From positions 64,294,001-64,358,000 of the forward strand of contig OX597817.1 of the NCBI GenBank assembly GCA_951406725.2: 64,000 bases of DNA, read 5' to 3'. Each line of letters begins with the position of its first letter. The first letter of the stretch is position 1. The notes beneath the pieces were generated by a model that did not search any database, had not been told where the DNA came from, and saw only the letters and a list, made by a program, of their open reading frames with translations. Origin of the DNA: Octopus vulgaris (taxonomy: Eukaryota). The translations under genes and the position numbers were made by a program. This document shows positions 25,972 to 39,861 of the stretch, piece by piece.

Positions 25972-26143
25972 ACATATACGACAGACTTCTTTCAGTTCCT
26001 GTCTACCAAATCCACTCACAAGGCTTTGGTCGGGCCGAGGCTAAAGTAGAAGACACTTGCTCAAGATGCCACGCAGTGGGACTGAACCCGGAACCATGTG
26101 GTTGGTAAGCAAGCTACTTACCACACAGCCAATCCTACGCCTA
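25675..26143 (-). mobile_element. SINE family B, full length
   Basis: Minus strand has a tRNA-like head (tggctgtgtggtaag..gggttcagtccc), cttgagcaagtgtctt, internal (TG)n and a (GAGTA/AAA) tail. Confidence 0.9.
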
Positions 26144-26189
26144 TGAATGAGAGATATTTCCTAATCAGATGTTGATTACAAATCAAAAC

Positions 26190-26430
26190 GATTTCGGTCC
26201 CTACGGACGAGTCGCATCTTCGAGCATATCGAACAATTTTGATGCGCACAAGGAATGTCCGAGTTCTTTTAGTCCTACACGATTGCACGTCTCTTCTCTC
26301 TGTCTTCCACACAGCCATTACTCCATATTGCGTGATACTACAATCAATCCAACCATATAGCAACTATTTTGTGCTCTCAGATTTTGCCTTTTCGGACATA
26401 TGACGAAGCATTGTCCGCTTGCCCCAGCAG
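26190..26430 (+). pseudogene. Possible LINE ORF1 fragment (zinc-knuckle-like)
   Basis: FGPYGRV...QLFCALRFCLFGHMTKHCP, which is weak and degenerate. Confidence 0.3.
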
Positions 26431-26753
26431 TTCAGAAATTACTGCTCGGCTACGTCCTTCCTAAGTTCACAGCCAGTTACGATATAATGGATCTAGCAAC
26501 AAACCCATGATATCTCACCTCTACCAGGGGAACACTATCATAGTGCCGCTCATGATTCAAAGTAACCTTTGCATTTTCGGCTCTCTCTTTCATCTTTTAA
26601 CACCACATTGCAAAGAGGGAAAGAGAGTGTGTGAGAGTGAGATAAGTAAAATAAGAGTGGGCGAGATTAAGAGGTGCACCAGCAGAAGGTGTAGCAGATG
26701 TCGTTGACAAAAAATACGGGTGTTGTGTAATTTACATAACTCTAACAGTGACT

Positions 26754-26798
<45 letters not shown>

Positions 26799-26829
26799 AC
26801 GGTGTGTGCGTGTGTGTGCGTGTGTGTGA

Positions 26830-26865
<36 letters not shown>

Positions 26866-26979
26866 ATATGTATATTTGTAGTAAACCTTACGGCAAAAAA
26901 GAATATTTGTTTTTCCTGTTGAAAAACATTCTCTATAATAAATAACATTGCTACGTTTTATGACATCGGTATGCTAATG

Positions 26980-27010
<31 letters not shown>

Positions 27011-27190
27011 CATTAGAAGGGGATAGGGAGAGAGAGAGAGAGGGGGGAATGGAATGTAAAAAGGAGATAGAGAAAATGACGGCGAGAGAGAGATGCAACA
27101 AAAGTGAGGGGAGGAGGGACAGGGAGAAAATGATAGGTACATAGACAGACAGGCAGACAACCAGACAAACAGACAGACAGACAGACAGGC

Positions 27191-27269
<79 letters not shown>

Positions 27270-27271
<2 letters not shown>

Positions 27272-27600
27272 TGTTTCTTTATTAGCCACACAGGGCTGCA
27301 GACAGACAGGATAAATTACAAGGTAGAGCTTTTCTTTTGGGGGTAAAAAAAGGGGGTTTGGTTTTCGATCAAAAGAGATCGTAAAGGGAAAGAAAGAGGA
27401 CAAAAAAAGGGGGGAATAAAATTTTAAAAAAAAAGTGGGGGGGAAAGGGAAAGGAAAAAAAATTGATCAATAGGGATCGTTATCACAGAAATGTCAATAT
27501 GAAGTGTAAAGGGGAGGACAGGTGAGGTTTTACCCGTGGAAAGAAAAGCCTACGGAAAAGACCACGGTAACCTCGGTCAATGAAGTCACATGTTATATTT
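27270..27600 (-). mobile_element. LINE-like 3' tail embedded in (GATA)n
   Basis: On the minus strand it ends agccctgtgtggctaataaagaaac. Copies at 28505-28734 and about 41107-41195. Confidence 0.7.
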
Positions 27601-27612
27601 CTTTTTTTTTTT

Positions 27613-27661
<49 letters not shown>

Positions 27662-28054
27662 TGTGGTGGGGGAATATTCTGGAAGCGGACCAGAGTGAAA
27701 GGGTGACACCTAGAAGAGGAGAAAGAGAACAACAGAATAGGGTGTTAGATACACTAAAATAGAGAGTCGTGGACGGAAGAAACGCATTGAGATGAAAAGA
27801 AAATGACAAAAGGAGTGGGCACTAATTTAAACGAAGAAAGTAAATGACAGAGGACCCTGTGCGTATGAGAGAGAGGGTGAGTGAGTGAGTGAGTGAGTGA
27901 GTGAGTGAGATGAAGAGTGAAAAAGATAAGAAAATCGACAAAGAAAGACTGAAAAGAGAGAGGGAGAGAGACTAAAGGGTATAAAAAAGAAAATGAAATA
28001 GCAGGATATGAAGAAAACAATAGAATTAGATTGATATACAGAATATATATTTTT

Positions 28055-28281
28055 TTTTACTACCCACAAGGGGCTAAACACAGAGGGGACAAACAAGGAC
28101 AAACAAACGGATTAAGTCGATTACATCGACCCCAGTGCGTAACTGGTACTTAATTTATCGACCCTGAAAGGATGAAAGGCAAAGTCGACCTCGGCGGAAT
28201 TTGAACTCAGAATGTAACGGCAGACGAAATACGGCTACGCATTTCGCCCGGCGCGCTAACGATTCTGCCAGCTCGCCGCCT
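28055..28281 (-). mobile_element. SINE family A with the agccccttgtggg-type tail
   Basis: Near-consensus body gatgaaaggcaaagtcgacctcggcggaatttgaactcag; CpG-rich, so a young copy. Confidence 0.9.
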
Positions 28282-28504
28282 GGCAGAATCGTTATACAGA
28301 ATATGGGAGAGAAAGGGAAACTCTCAGAGAGATAGAAGGAAGAAATAGAAAAGTGCTAAAAAAGGAACTGATAGAATCGTTGAAACGGATAGACAGACAG
28401 ACAGACAGACAATGAGACAAATGGACAGACAGATAGACATACAGATAGATAGATAGCCAGACAGACAGACAGATAGATAGCCAGACAGACAGACAGACAG
28501 ACAG

Positions 28505-28846
<342 letters not shown>

Positions 28847-29122
28847 CGTCAGGTTGCTACAGGCAACTGCATCATGTTGCTGCTGTCTTACCAACAGTTT
28901 TTCTACCCACCACGGGGCGTATGTTTTTGTGGGGCGCTCGATAGGCACCATGGTGCGTATATATATATTTTTTTTTCCAAAATTCTACTTTTCATTGTTG
29001 TCGATCGCATTTTTTTTTTACCGATTTCCCCCTCCCCTTTTTTCACTCCTATAGCTGTATCAATAGTTCTCTACATTACATTGTCATTTCACATGTACAC
29101 ACAAGCTGTGTGTGTGTGTGTG

Positions 29123-29187
<65 letters not shown>

Positions 29188-29228
29188 ATGAGACAGTGCA
29201 GAGTATTTTGAACAATACAAAATTTATA

Positions 29229-29447
29229 TAGGAGTGGGTGCTGGAAAGTTCCTAGTTTTGGATAAAAGAAAATACAGGAGGATAAGTTAATTATGATTTT
29301 ATTCAACATATTCCCCTCTCAGATTCACATACTAATTGCAGCGATCCTTTGGTTTTTCTAAGCCCTGTAAAAGAATTCAGAGGGCTGAGCCTCCAACAGG
29401 CCTTTCGCGACACCCTTAAAGCCAAGAACTTTTCAGTACCACCTTGT
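29229..29447. mobile_element. Mariner-derived MITE
   Basis: Imperfect TIRs (gtgctggaaagttcct / agaacttttcagtacc) with TA flanks. The minus strand retains a mariner C-terminus (..NLRGEYVE*). Confidence 0.7.
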
Positions 29448-29481
29448 ACATTTTAAAAAAAATTCATTCTACTCTATTTTA

Positions 29482-29864
29482 TCTCTCTATATATAAACGG
29501 CAGTTTGTCTGTGTGTGTTTCTGTGTGTCTGTTTGGTTGTACCCTCACCCTGACCACTGCTTTCAACCGATTCTGATGAAACTTGACACACACATAGTCC
29601 AATGTCATAATTCAAAACTAACGCAGCGAAAATTTTGAAAAGTTCCCCCAGTTCTGAAAAAAATCGATAAATTCGACATGGGGTCTAGAATCAGAAACAC
29701 AAACCACAGACTGTCTAGTGGACGCAACTCGACCTTTTTTAACTCTCAAAAAAATTTACCATCATTTTTTTCCATTTTTTTGCTATTTTTTGGCTATAAC
29801 TCTCTAAAAATGCTTTATAGTTATTTCCCTTACAAACCTGAGCAACGCCGGGCGATACTGCTAG
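29482..29864 (+). mobile_element. Non-autonomous Helitron
   Basis: A|TCTCTCTATATATAAA ... cctgagcaacgccgggcgatactgCTAG|T. Confidence 0.85.
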
Positions 29865-30110
29865 TCTTAAATAAACATGTAGTTTTTTCCTCGCTGTGAA
29901 CAGTAAACAAAATGGTTACTCCACAGATTTTATCTCACCATATGACAGAATAATGGGATCAATTTGTCTAATTTTTCTAAGGCTTTCGTTGCTGCATGAA
30001 GTCTATGAAGACTCGAAAGTAGTAAAATTAATCCCATTAATCCCAGGTTCAGATAAAACCGGGTGCCCCTTAGACTTTTGTTGTTTTTATTTTTTGCTAT
30101 TTGTGTTTGC

Positions 30111-30160
<50 letters not shown>

Positions 30161-30204
30161 ATCTATCTTCTGTTGTATGTGCGTATGTATCTTTTATCTT
30201 TTGT

Positions 30205-30697
30205 CTTTTCCTTGTTTCAGTCATTAGACTGCGGCCATACTGGAGCACCACATTGAAGAATTTTAGTCGAACCAATCGGCCCCAGTACTTATTCTCTCTT
30301 TGTTTTAAAGCCTGGTACATATTCTATTGATCTCTTTTGCTGAACTGCTAATTTACGGGGACGTAAACACACCAACAACGGTTTGAAGCAGTGGTGATAG
30401 AGGAGCAAACACACACACAAAGACACATATATCCTGTTTCAGTCATTTGACAGTGGTGCGGTCATGCTGTAGCACCGCCTTGAAGAATTTCAGTCGATCA
30501 AATTGAGCCTGTCACTTATTTTAAATCCGGTGCTTATTCTATCAGCTTGTTTTTACCAAATCGCTAAGTTACATAAACAAACCTACACCGGTTGTCAAAT
30601 GGTGCGTGACAAACACACACACATGTATGTACACACAAACTCATATACGACGGGCTTCAACACAAATTTCGCCAAACAAATTCATTCTCAAGACACA
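30205..30697 (-). mobile_element. Two tandem partial family B SINEs
   Basis: tgtttcagtcatt..gcggcca/gtcatgctg..gcacc occurs at about 30213 and about 30435. Confidence 0.75.
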
Positions 30698-30699
30698 AT

Positions 30700-31442
30700 T
30701 TGAATGAAAATCTGAAAATGCGCAGATATGAAATTTGCTCGTCGCTTCTTCTTCCTAAGCAGACCGATCCATTTCTCGACCGTATTGCAATTTGCGATGA
30801 AAAGTGGATATTGTACAATAATAATAATCGTTCTTCGCAGTGATTGGACCAAAATGAAGCGCTGAAAACCTTCCCTAATCCTGAGCTCTTCAAAAAGAAG
30901 GTTAAGGTGAGTGTTTGGTGGTCTACTGCTGGACTCATCTTTTATAACTTCTTAAAGCCCGGAAAAACCATTACGGCAGAAAAATATTTCCTTGAAATTG
31001 CGAGAATGAACGAAAAACTGCTACTCCTCCATCCCAGACTAGTCAACAGAAGAGAGCCAATCATTCTTCATGACAATGCTTGGCCACACGTTTCACTAAT
31101 GACACTCCAGAAGTTGAGGGAAATTGGCTACGAAGTTCTTCCCCACCCAGCAGATTGCCCAGACCTTTCTCCTACCGACTACTACTTTTTCAAGCATCTT
31201 GATGGCTTTTACGAGAGAAGGAGTTCAAAAATCAAACCGATGCTGAAAGTGCGTTCAAAGAGTTCATCAGCTCCAGAACACCAGATTTTTTATACTACCG
31301 GAATAAACAAGCTTGTAACTCGTTGGCAAAATTGTGTTGATTGTAATGGTACTTATTTTGATGAATAAAATTTCCGCATTGTTGAAATATAGTGTGATGA
31401 ATTTCACATTTTAAAACGTTGCTTACTTTTTACTCAGCCTGG
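30700..31442 (+). pseudogene. Mariner (DD34D) transposase, 5'-truncated, with 3' TIR remnant
   Basis: FLDRIAICDEKWILYNN..VWWS..HDNAWPH..PDLSPTDYYFFKHL..RWQNCVDCNGTYFD*, with a stop and a frameshift. Confidence 0.92.
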
Positions 31443-31610
31443 TTGTTCGAAAAAAAGTTCGTTTTCTATGTTTTTGTTTTCTATGTTCTCGTTGGTCAGT
31501 GTTTACGATTTTTTTTTAAAGTCCTGTACCATATATGCATGTATATATACATATATATGTAGGTATGTACATATTTGCATGTATATATGCATATATTTAT
31601 ATATTATTTA

Positions 31611-32016
31611 CTAGCAGTATCGCCCGGCGTTGCTCGGGTTTGTAAGGGAAATAACTATATAAGCATTTTTAGAGATGTAAAGTATAATAGCCATCTCAAT
31701 ATGGCTAACCACAAAGGGGGGTGTTACTGTAGCTTTTTACGTTTTGAGATTTAATAATAAATTTTTAGAGAGTTACTTCCCTTATATATGCCAAAAATGC
31801 ATTAAAAATGGGAAAAATTGATGGTAAATTATTTTTTAAATCGTAGACTCATCGTAGACTCATCGTAGACGTGCGCTAATACCCAGAAGGGCTCGATATG
31901 AATCACGACTATCAGATACCCGGTTTTGATTAAACTGCACCGCAAAATGTGGGAGTAGTTAGGAATCTAAATCGTAGGAGACAGACAGCACACAACCTCA
32001 CTTTTATATATAACGA
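31611..32016 (-). mobile_element. Non-autonomous Helitron inserted into a family F repeat
   Basis: It has the same 3' end as the 29482 element. The host sequence atattattta|tatcattata is continuous across it, as in the uninterrupted copy near 32750. Confidence 0.85.
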
Positions 32017-32224
32017 TATCATTATATGATCGAACGCCACGCAAGCATTTCCAAGTAAGTTTTATCTTAATAATTCCGATGCGCACTCCTATCTCTATTC
32101 TTTCTATCTATCTCCCTCTCTTGTTCTTCTTCCTTTCTGTTTTTCTCTCCCACCCTTTCCCTGTTCTTCTCCTCTCCCCTTCACCGTTCCCTCTCTCTCA
32201 CCCTTTCTCCTTGACTCTCTCGTT

Positions 32225-32760
32225 GCTCACACGTGACCAACGGCTATCTACCTTTCTTTCTTCCACTTCCTTCCTAAAGACAAGACGTGCTTTTACCTGT
32301 TTCTTCTCAAAGCTCGTTTTTCCGGCATTCACTACTTCACATCATCTTGGCTTAACAGCCCTCACCGTTTGTTTTTACTATTTTGTTCTTACTGTCCTGT
32401 TTTTGTTACCACTTTAACCCTCAGCAAAAAAATCCCAAATTTTATTTAATTTGCTTTGCAGGAAGGGCTGTTTTAACGAAGTCGCGTCTTTTTCCTACCT
32501 TCGAACGCGGAGTAGATAAAACAGGGGACAACTGATGAAGGGAATGTTCTTTTTGTTGCCTGTCCCGTTTCTCAATTTGTTTCTTTCGTTGTTCGAAAAA
32601 AAGTTCGTTTTCTATGTTCTTATTTTTTATGTTCTCGTTTCTCATTGTTCACATTTTTTTATGTCCTGTGCCCATATATGCATGTATATATACATATATA
32701 TGTAGGTATGTACATATATGTATGTATATATGCATATATTTATATATTATTTACATTATA
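32225..32760 (+). repeat. Dispersed repeat family F; copies at 35545-36045 and 31441-31610
   Basis: cacgtgacca.cggctatct..ggcttaacagccct..ggagtagataaaacag..gacaactgatgaaggga..gttgt.cgaaaaaaa.gttcgttt. Confidence 0.85.
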
Positions 32761-32798
32761 TATATATATGTATGCATGTCTGAATTACGTATCTCTCT

Positions 32799-32886
<88 letters not shown>

Positions 32887-33082
32887 GTATAAAATTTAAG
32901 GTGTATTCCGTTAGGAACGTAGAAGGGTTCGAAATAGAGCTCGTTCACCCTTAGAATTACCAAATAGCCGGTAGTATTATGGTATACTTCCAAGTCTAGG
33001 TTTAGGCATTAATCGTGTGTGAAAATAGTTGGATGCGTTAGCATCAAAGTCAAAAGTTTACTAACGAGGACAACAATTATAT

Positions 33083-33184
33083 CACCTGAGGCGATACAAC
33101 TCGAACCCATTATACAAGCAAACCGTTGCTTAATTTGAATCCTGTGTATATGCGGATCTATGTTGTATCGAAACATGTGTAGTG
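33083..33184 (+). ncRNA. Hammerhead-like motif with long stem II
   Basis: CAC-CTGAGGC-GATACAAC...GTTGTATC-GAAA-CATGTG-TA-GTG, followed by ATTAAA and a T-rich tail. A9 is mutated. Confidence 0.6.
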
Positions 33185-33239
33185 TTTATTAAATAGCTGT
33201 CTAATCGTGCTCCTTTTTGTTGATCTATTTTATTCAATT

Positions 33240-33402
<163 letters not shown>

Positions 33403-33404
33403 TC

Positions 33405-33452
<48 letters not shown>

Positions 33453-33484
33453 TCGGTATACGAAATTGAGGAGGTATTCAATTA

Positions 33485-33972
33485 AAATAGCCATCTATAT
33501 AACATACTCTATGTATATACATTGTTAGTCGACCAGTTACTGCACATTTTGTCCTGGAGATAGTATCTCATATGGACTTGATGCGTTAAAAGTAATAAAT
33601 ATTAGAGAGAAAGGCGAAAATTCGTTCCGACAGCGGCAAGCGAGAGCACCAGATGCATTTCGGCCTTTTCAGGCCTTTTCAGTGGTGCGTAGTTGCGACA
33701 ATTCGTCGCATCTGATATAAGACAAAGCGAAAAAGACTATTCGCTGACATTTCGAATAGCCGCCCGGCAGATTGAATTTTCAATAAACGCAATTTAGGTA
33801 GAATTGAGTTAAAATATCCATCTATGTATCGAGTTACTTACTATCGACATGTCAGTTACTGCAAGTCCGTAAGAGACAGTATCTCTTACGGACTTGCTGT
33901 GTTAAAAACACAGTAAATATCCGAACCGAATGAAAATTCGTCCCTGCAGCGGCCAGCAAGAACACTAGATGT
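33485..33972 (-). mobile_element. Partial tandem (period about 325 bp) hammerhead-bearing repeat, PLE pLTR/retrozyme-like
   Basis: 33485-33655 is repeated at about 33810-33972. The hammerhead at 33646-33688 (minus) reads GCACCA-CTGAAAA-GGCC-tgaaaa-GGCC-GAAA-TGCA-TC-TGGTGC. Related locus at 60735-61150. Confidence 0.7.
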
Positions 33973-34079
33973 GTGTGTATGGGGATGGGTGTATAAAGTG
34001 GTTGTATAGGTAAGCCCGGTGCAACTTTTTGCTCAAAAGACCATAATGATTTCGAATTTTGTCACAATGTCAGCAATAT

Positions 34080-34262
34080 TAGGGAAAGGGGTAAATCGAT
34101 TACATAGATCCTAGTATTCGACCAGTACTTATATTATTGAGCTCGATACGATGAAACGCAAAGCCGACCTCGACAGAATTTGAACTCAAAACGTGAAGGC
34201 GGTCGAAATGCCGCTAAGCATTTCGTCCAGCGTACTAACGGTTCTGCCATCTTGCTGCCTTA
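34080..34262 (-). mobile_element. SINE family A
   Basis: gcaaagccgacctcgacagaatttgaactc..gttctgccatcttgctgcctt. Confidence 0.8.
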
Positions 34263-34541
34263 CAGAGGACTATAATATTGTTCGGGCAGTACTGGTTCTA
34301 GTTCTAGTCGTTCGTTTATGTTCTTTTATTTATTTAACAATTACCTTCAAGGCTATGTAGGAGCAAGGTCTTTAAATACGCTATAATCAATTAGATTCCT
34401 GTACTTCACTTGTACGTGGATTATTGAACCTGCAAGCACGGAAGGGAAAGTTAACTTCGGTGAGATTTGATCTCGAACGTAAAAGCAATCAAGTATAAGT
34501 TACATGCCATTTTATCCGTCATGAAATGTGTCTGTATATCA

Positions 34542-34615
<74 letters not shown>

Positions 34616-34700
34616 TTATCTATCCTTCTGTCTGTCTGTCTAGTAATCTACCTTGCTGTCTACTTTTATCTGTCAATTTATCTTTGACTATTCCTCCCTC

Positions 34701-34759
<59 letters not shown>

Positions 34760-35424
34760 GTATGTATGTATGTATATACACACACACACACACACACACA
34801 AACAAATGCTCATATTGATAAATGACAAAAGTAGAGGAGTTGCGTAATTCCATTTCCTTAGTTATATAAACTATAATTATTATAGGCTCTGATGATGCTA
34901 TGGGATCCACACTTCTAGGTGCGCTATTCCTCTAGCGAAAACAACTGTAAGCACATGCAATTATGTAACTCTTGTTTTGTCATTTATTAAATTATATCGT
35001 GCTCTGTACTTATATGATTTACATAAGAGTCCAGAGGAGAGGATAGCTGTGAAGTTAGGCAATTTCGCAAGCAGAGTTTACGAATATATGGTTTAGAAAT
35101 ATATAACCGTTTTCACGAAAGATAAACAACTTAAGTTTACTCAATACCTGTTCCTTGCAGACTAAAGAGGATTTATAATGTATTATCCCTAAAAAATTAA
35201 GCTTGCTTCAGCTTTATCTCTGAGAAGACTTTCAAGTAACCAAAACAAATGGCATTCTGCAAGAATATAGTATGTATGTATGTATGTATGTATGTATGTA
35301 TGTATGTATGTATGTATGTATGTATGTATGTATGTATGTATGTATGTATGCATGCTTGTATGTATGTATGTATGTGTGCATGTATGTATGTGTGTATATA
35401 TATATACATACATATGTGTATATG

Positions 35425-35483
<59 letters not shown>

Positions 35484-36153
35484 CATATACATACATACAT
35501 ATGTATGTATATCTCTCTCCCTCTTCCTCTTTGACCCTCTCATTAGTCTCACGTGACCAGCGGCTATCTTTCTTTCTCCTCCTTACGCTACAGGGGACAG
35601 CACACATTTTTGTTTGTCTCCTGTCAAAGCTTGTTTCTCCAGCGTTCACCACTTCACCTCGTTATGGCTTAACAGCCCTTACCGCTTGTTTTAACTATCC
35701 TGCTGTTTTTGTTACCAACTTTAAACTTCTGCAAATCCCAAATTTTATTTAACTTGCTTTGCGGAAACGACTGTTTTGACGAACATGCCTCTTATCCTAA
35801 CGTTCGAAATTCGGAGTAGATAAAACAGTAGACAACTGATGAAGGGATGTCTCTTTATGTTGCCTGTCTCATTTCTCTATTTGTTTCTTTCGTTGTCCGA
35901 AAAAAAGGTTCGTTTTTCATGTTTTTGTTTTTCATGTTGTTCACGTTTTTTGACGTCCTGTACTCATATATGCATGTGTCTATACATATATATGTAGGTA
36001 TGTACATGTATGTATGTATATATGCATTATTTATATTATTATATACATTCATACAAACATACATAAATATATACATATATACACATAGTATTCACAAGCA
36101 CATGCACGCATATACTTGCATGTGTATGTCTATGTGAGTGTGTAGATGTACAG

Positions 36154-36209
<56 letters not shown>

Positions 36210-36211
<2 letters not shown>

Positions 36212-36608
36212 TAGTTAGTTAGTTAGTTAATTTGGCTCAAAAGCAAATAGCAAGGCCATGTAGGGGGACATGGAGTTAAGTACAGGGTGGTGTTCATGTA
36301 AAGAGTTCAGGCCACTTGAGGTCCAGGGAGGCTTTGAACAAAGCGGCCGTCGGCATCTTCACCATCTCGTCTGGCAGCTTGTTCCACGGATCCGCAACCC
36401 GGACGGAGAAAGCTCCTCTCCTTCGATTGAGATGAAATCGTCGCAGGTAGAGCTTTTCGGAATGACCCCGCAGCCGACGCTCTGGAGCAGGAGTGAAGAA
36501 CAGCTCTTTCGAGAGGTTACACTTTCCGCTTATGATGTTGTGGGCGAGAATGAGATCACCACGGCGGCGGCGTTTTTCAAGAAAATAAAGGTCGAGCGTC
36601 CTCAGCCT
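36210..36608 (-). mobile_element. CR1-clade LINE 3' end with (CTAA)n tail
   Basis: RLRTLDLYFLEKRRRRGDLILAHNII..RLRGHSEKL..FSVRVADPWNKLPDEMV..FKASLD. Confidence 0.92.
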
Positions 36609-37094
36609 TTAATACAACTTTCGTCTGTTATGGTTATATTTTTGTGGGTTTTTTTAACATTATACGTCTTTAAGTGATGCTTTCTCGAGACGAACCCCGC
36701 AGTTTATCGAGTTTTAACGGTGTATATGCTCTAAGTATGATACACAAATTGCTACTTAGAACTAACATTGCTTCTGTCGATCGTAGTAATTTTTTATTCA
36801 GCCTGCCGGTTAATTAGGACATCAGGAATTTTTTTTCGATCAATGTTTTACTATATATCAGAAGAGGTTGATTTTGTATTAGCATGCAGTTGCCAGTGGA
36901 TACTTGGTACTGACGAAGCTCAAAGAGACAGGAATACCTATTTAGCAATGCCACTGCCGTTCCTGGACGATTTTCGTCTACTACTGACACATTTCTGTTT
37001 TTGTTTTAACACTATAACTCTATGCTTTCACGATTATACACAGAATGGCATTTTGTACTAATGCTGCCGCAGTTGTACACACACACACACACAC

Positions 37095-37139
<45 letters not shown>

Positions 37140-37174
37140 CACGCACGCACGCATGAACGCACACAACACAGCGG

Positions 37175-37310
37175 ACTTTCATACAGTTTCTCTTTACCCA
37201 ATTCATTCACAAGGAATTGGTCGGCCCGGGGCACTTGCCCTAGGAGCTACGCTGTAGAACTGAACCCCCAAATCACCTGCTTGCAAAGCGAATTCCATAA
37301 CCACGGTATA
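37175..37310 (-). mobile_element. SINE family B 5' fragment
   Basis: cagtttctctttacccaattcattcacaagg..ggtcggcccggg..cacttgccc..actgaaccc. Confidence 0.65.
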
Positions 37311-37406
37311 AAAAATAGCCAAACGCGTCAAAATTATTTAGTTTGTAAGTCTGCCTTATGGACTTCACATATGCATGATATATAGCCGAAATCTACTCAT
37401 AACACG

Positions 37407-37490
37407 TCCGCACCGCGCCCGCGCCCGCGCCCGTGCTCGCGCCCGCGCCCATGCTCGCGCCCGCGCCCATGCTTGCGCCCGTGCCCGCGC
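37407..37490. repeat. GC-rich (GCGCCC)n-type hexamer repeat
   Basis: cgcgcccgcgcccgcgcccgtgctcgcgcccgcgcccatgctc... Confidence 0.9.
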
Positions 37491-39059
37491 ATATATCAAA
37501 TACACACACATACGGGCTGATTATTAAAATACTTAATGAGCAGTTTTCAAAAGAGTTTACATTTCACATTACTAACTTCGCACGGGCCTGTGTGCATCTG
37601 TGTTAGTTTGTGTGTGTGTGTGAGAGAGAGAGAGAGATGTGTACGTGCATGTGTATATGTTGTGTATGTAAAGGGGGTGCGTGTGTTTATCCATGTGAGT
37701 GTGAATGTAAACAAACATTCACCCACACAGATACAACTTCAGGTATCATATCAACTCACTCCTTTACTAGTCACGTGTTTTCTGTTGTTTATATTTATGA
37801 GTTTTTTTGTGTGTGTTTCTAATTAACTTTGCAAGTGCGCGTGGGTGGCCCATTTGTGCATGTACGGCTATGTGTGTGTTTGTGTTACTTTTTCTGTATG
37901 TCTGAATGAAATATGAGTGTGAGCTTGCGTGTGTGCGTGTGCAAGCAGCAGTAGGGCAGCAGTTGGGCAACAATAGAGCAGCAGTAGGGAAACAGTAGTA
38001 GAGCAGTAGTAAAGCATCTGGTGTTCTTGGCAGATAAACATAGAAACATGTTTACAGGAACTTATTGCACAACAGACATTTAGCGTAGTCGGATCAACTG
38101 GTGAACATGCAGCACCCGCCGGTTCTTTAAAAACAAACAAAAACAAACAGTTAATAACAAAGTAGCCCTCTTTTTTACCTTCTTTTTACACTCGAAGAAA
38201 TATATATTATTACTGTCATAATGTTTTTAATCGTGGTGATTTCTTTGATTGCCTCAGGCACTTTCAAACGAAAGAAAAGAGCGTACAGGAGAAAACGCTC
38301 TTACTAGCAACTGAAAAAAAAAAAAAAAAAATAATAATAATAATAATAATAATAGTTATTATTATTATTATTATTTCTTTTATTTGCCACAAGGGCCGTG
38401 GAATGGAGGAGACATTACCTGGACAAATCGCCAAAAAAACGATGGTATTTATGTAGGTCTCAATAGGGAGACAGCTACCTAGTTCCAGTCGAGGAAACCC
38501 CATATACCCAGGATTACCGTGACTGCCGAAGAGCAAGTGTTCTCTCTCTCTCTCTCTCTCTCGCTCTCCCAATAGTTTTCTCAGGCTTACATGTCATAAT
38601 AATAATGATTTTCTCTTTGCTGCAAGAGCGATGGATGAAGGACATTAATAAGAGTAAAACAACAAATGGAAATAAAGAACGAAAACTTAGTGATAATGAT
38701 AATTACACGAGAATATCTGTGACGATCCGGTGTGGTATGTTAAAGAAGAAAAGGTTAACGGAATCCGACAGTGAGTGACCCACAATTTCTTTTTGACAAG
38801 GCAGAGAAAGAAAACTCGAAGTAGAAGTTAAATTTCTGTTGACTGGAGTGTTCAGCATATTACTGGTACTTACTTTTCTACACCTTCCTTTCGTTCTTCT
38901 CCTCGTTAGTCATGAAATGTAAAGCAGAGGAGTCCACAGGAAGATCCGAACTCAGAAACTGGAGAAAGGAAAACTCTAAATACAGCGTTATTAAGTTGGA
39001 GCTCTTACTCTCTCGGACATTTCCCCAGCCCCTGTAGAAGTCGTAGTTGTAGTAATAGT

Positions 39060-39110
<51 letters not shown>

Positions 39111-39602
39111 AAGTAGCAACAACAATCCAATCACACATGCACACACACACATCTAGTATTGCGAACGGATTCAAATGTTTACATAAATATATCAAAACAC
39201 AAACACAGACACACATAGGCACACAGACACACATATACGTGCGCACGCGCGCACACACACGCACACATACATTGAGATATAATGTATTAATATCAATAAT
39301 ACTTTTAATATCCTATATCGGTCTATAAACACAACACTATCTACCGTGGAATACAGCTGATATCGATGTGACTAGCTGCTCTTTTCATTCAGTCCTCATT
39401 CTGCTTTGGTTTACCAATTTGAGGGATTTCTACTCAGGTAGGAACCGTTCCTTTTATATATAATGTCTAATTAATTTATTATCTTTTGTTTCATTTTGTT
39501 TATTAATTAACTATTTACTACTAGTTATTTAATTGTCTAACCAAACTGTATTAACTAGATGAATGTTTGACATTAAGGTAGTTGGAAAGCTCACGTTTTT
39601 AC

Positions 39603-39665
<63 letters not shown>

Positions 39666-39799
39666 TCCTTCTTTCTTTCTTTCTCTCTATCTTTCTTTCT
39701 TTCTTTCTTTCTTTCATTCTTTCCTCCGATATATTCATTTAGTTTCATGCCTTTAACACATACGCACAAATAGATGTGTTTACACACACACACACACAC

Positions 39800-39861
<62 letters not shown>

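Noticed and set aside
30844-31368. SETMAR or an active transposase gene
   Set aside because: No SET domain, 5'-truncated, with an in-frame stop and a frameshift.
32523-32566. Hammerhead in family F (gggaca-a-CTGATGA-aggga..ttctt..tgtccc; also about 35830)
   Set aside because: Stems I and II are plausible, but both copies lack the GAAA half of the core.
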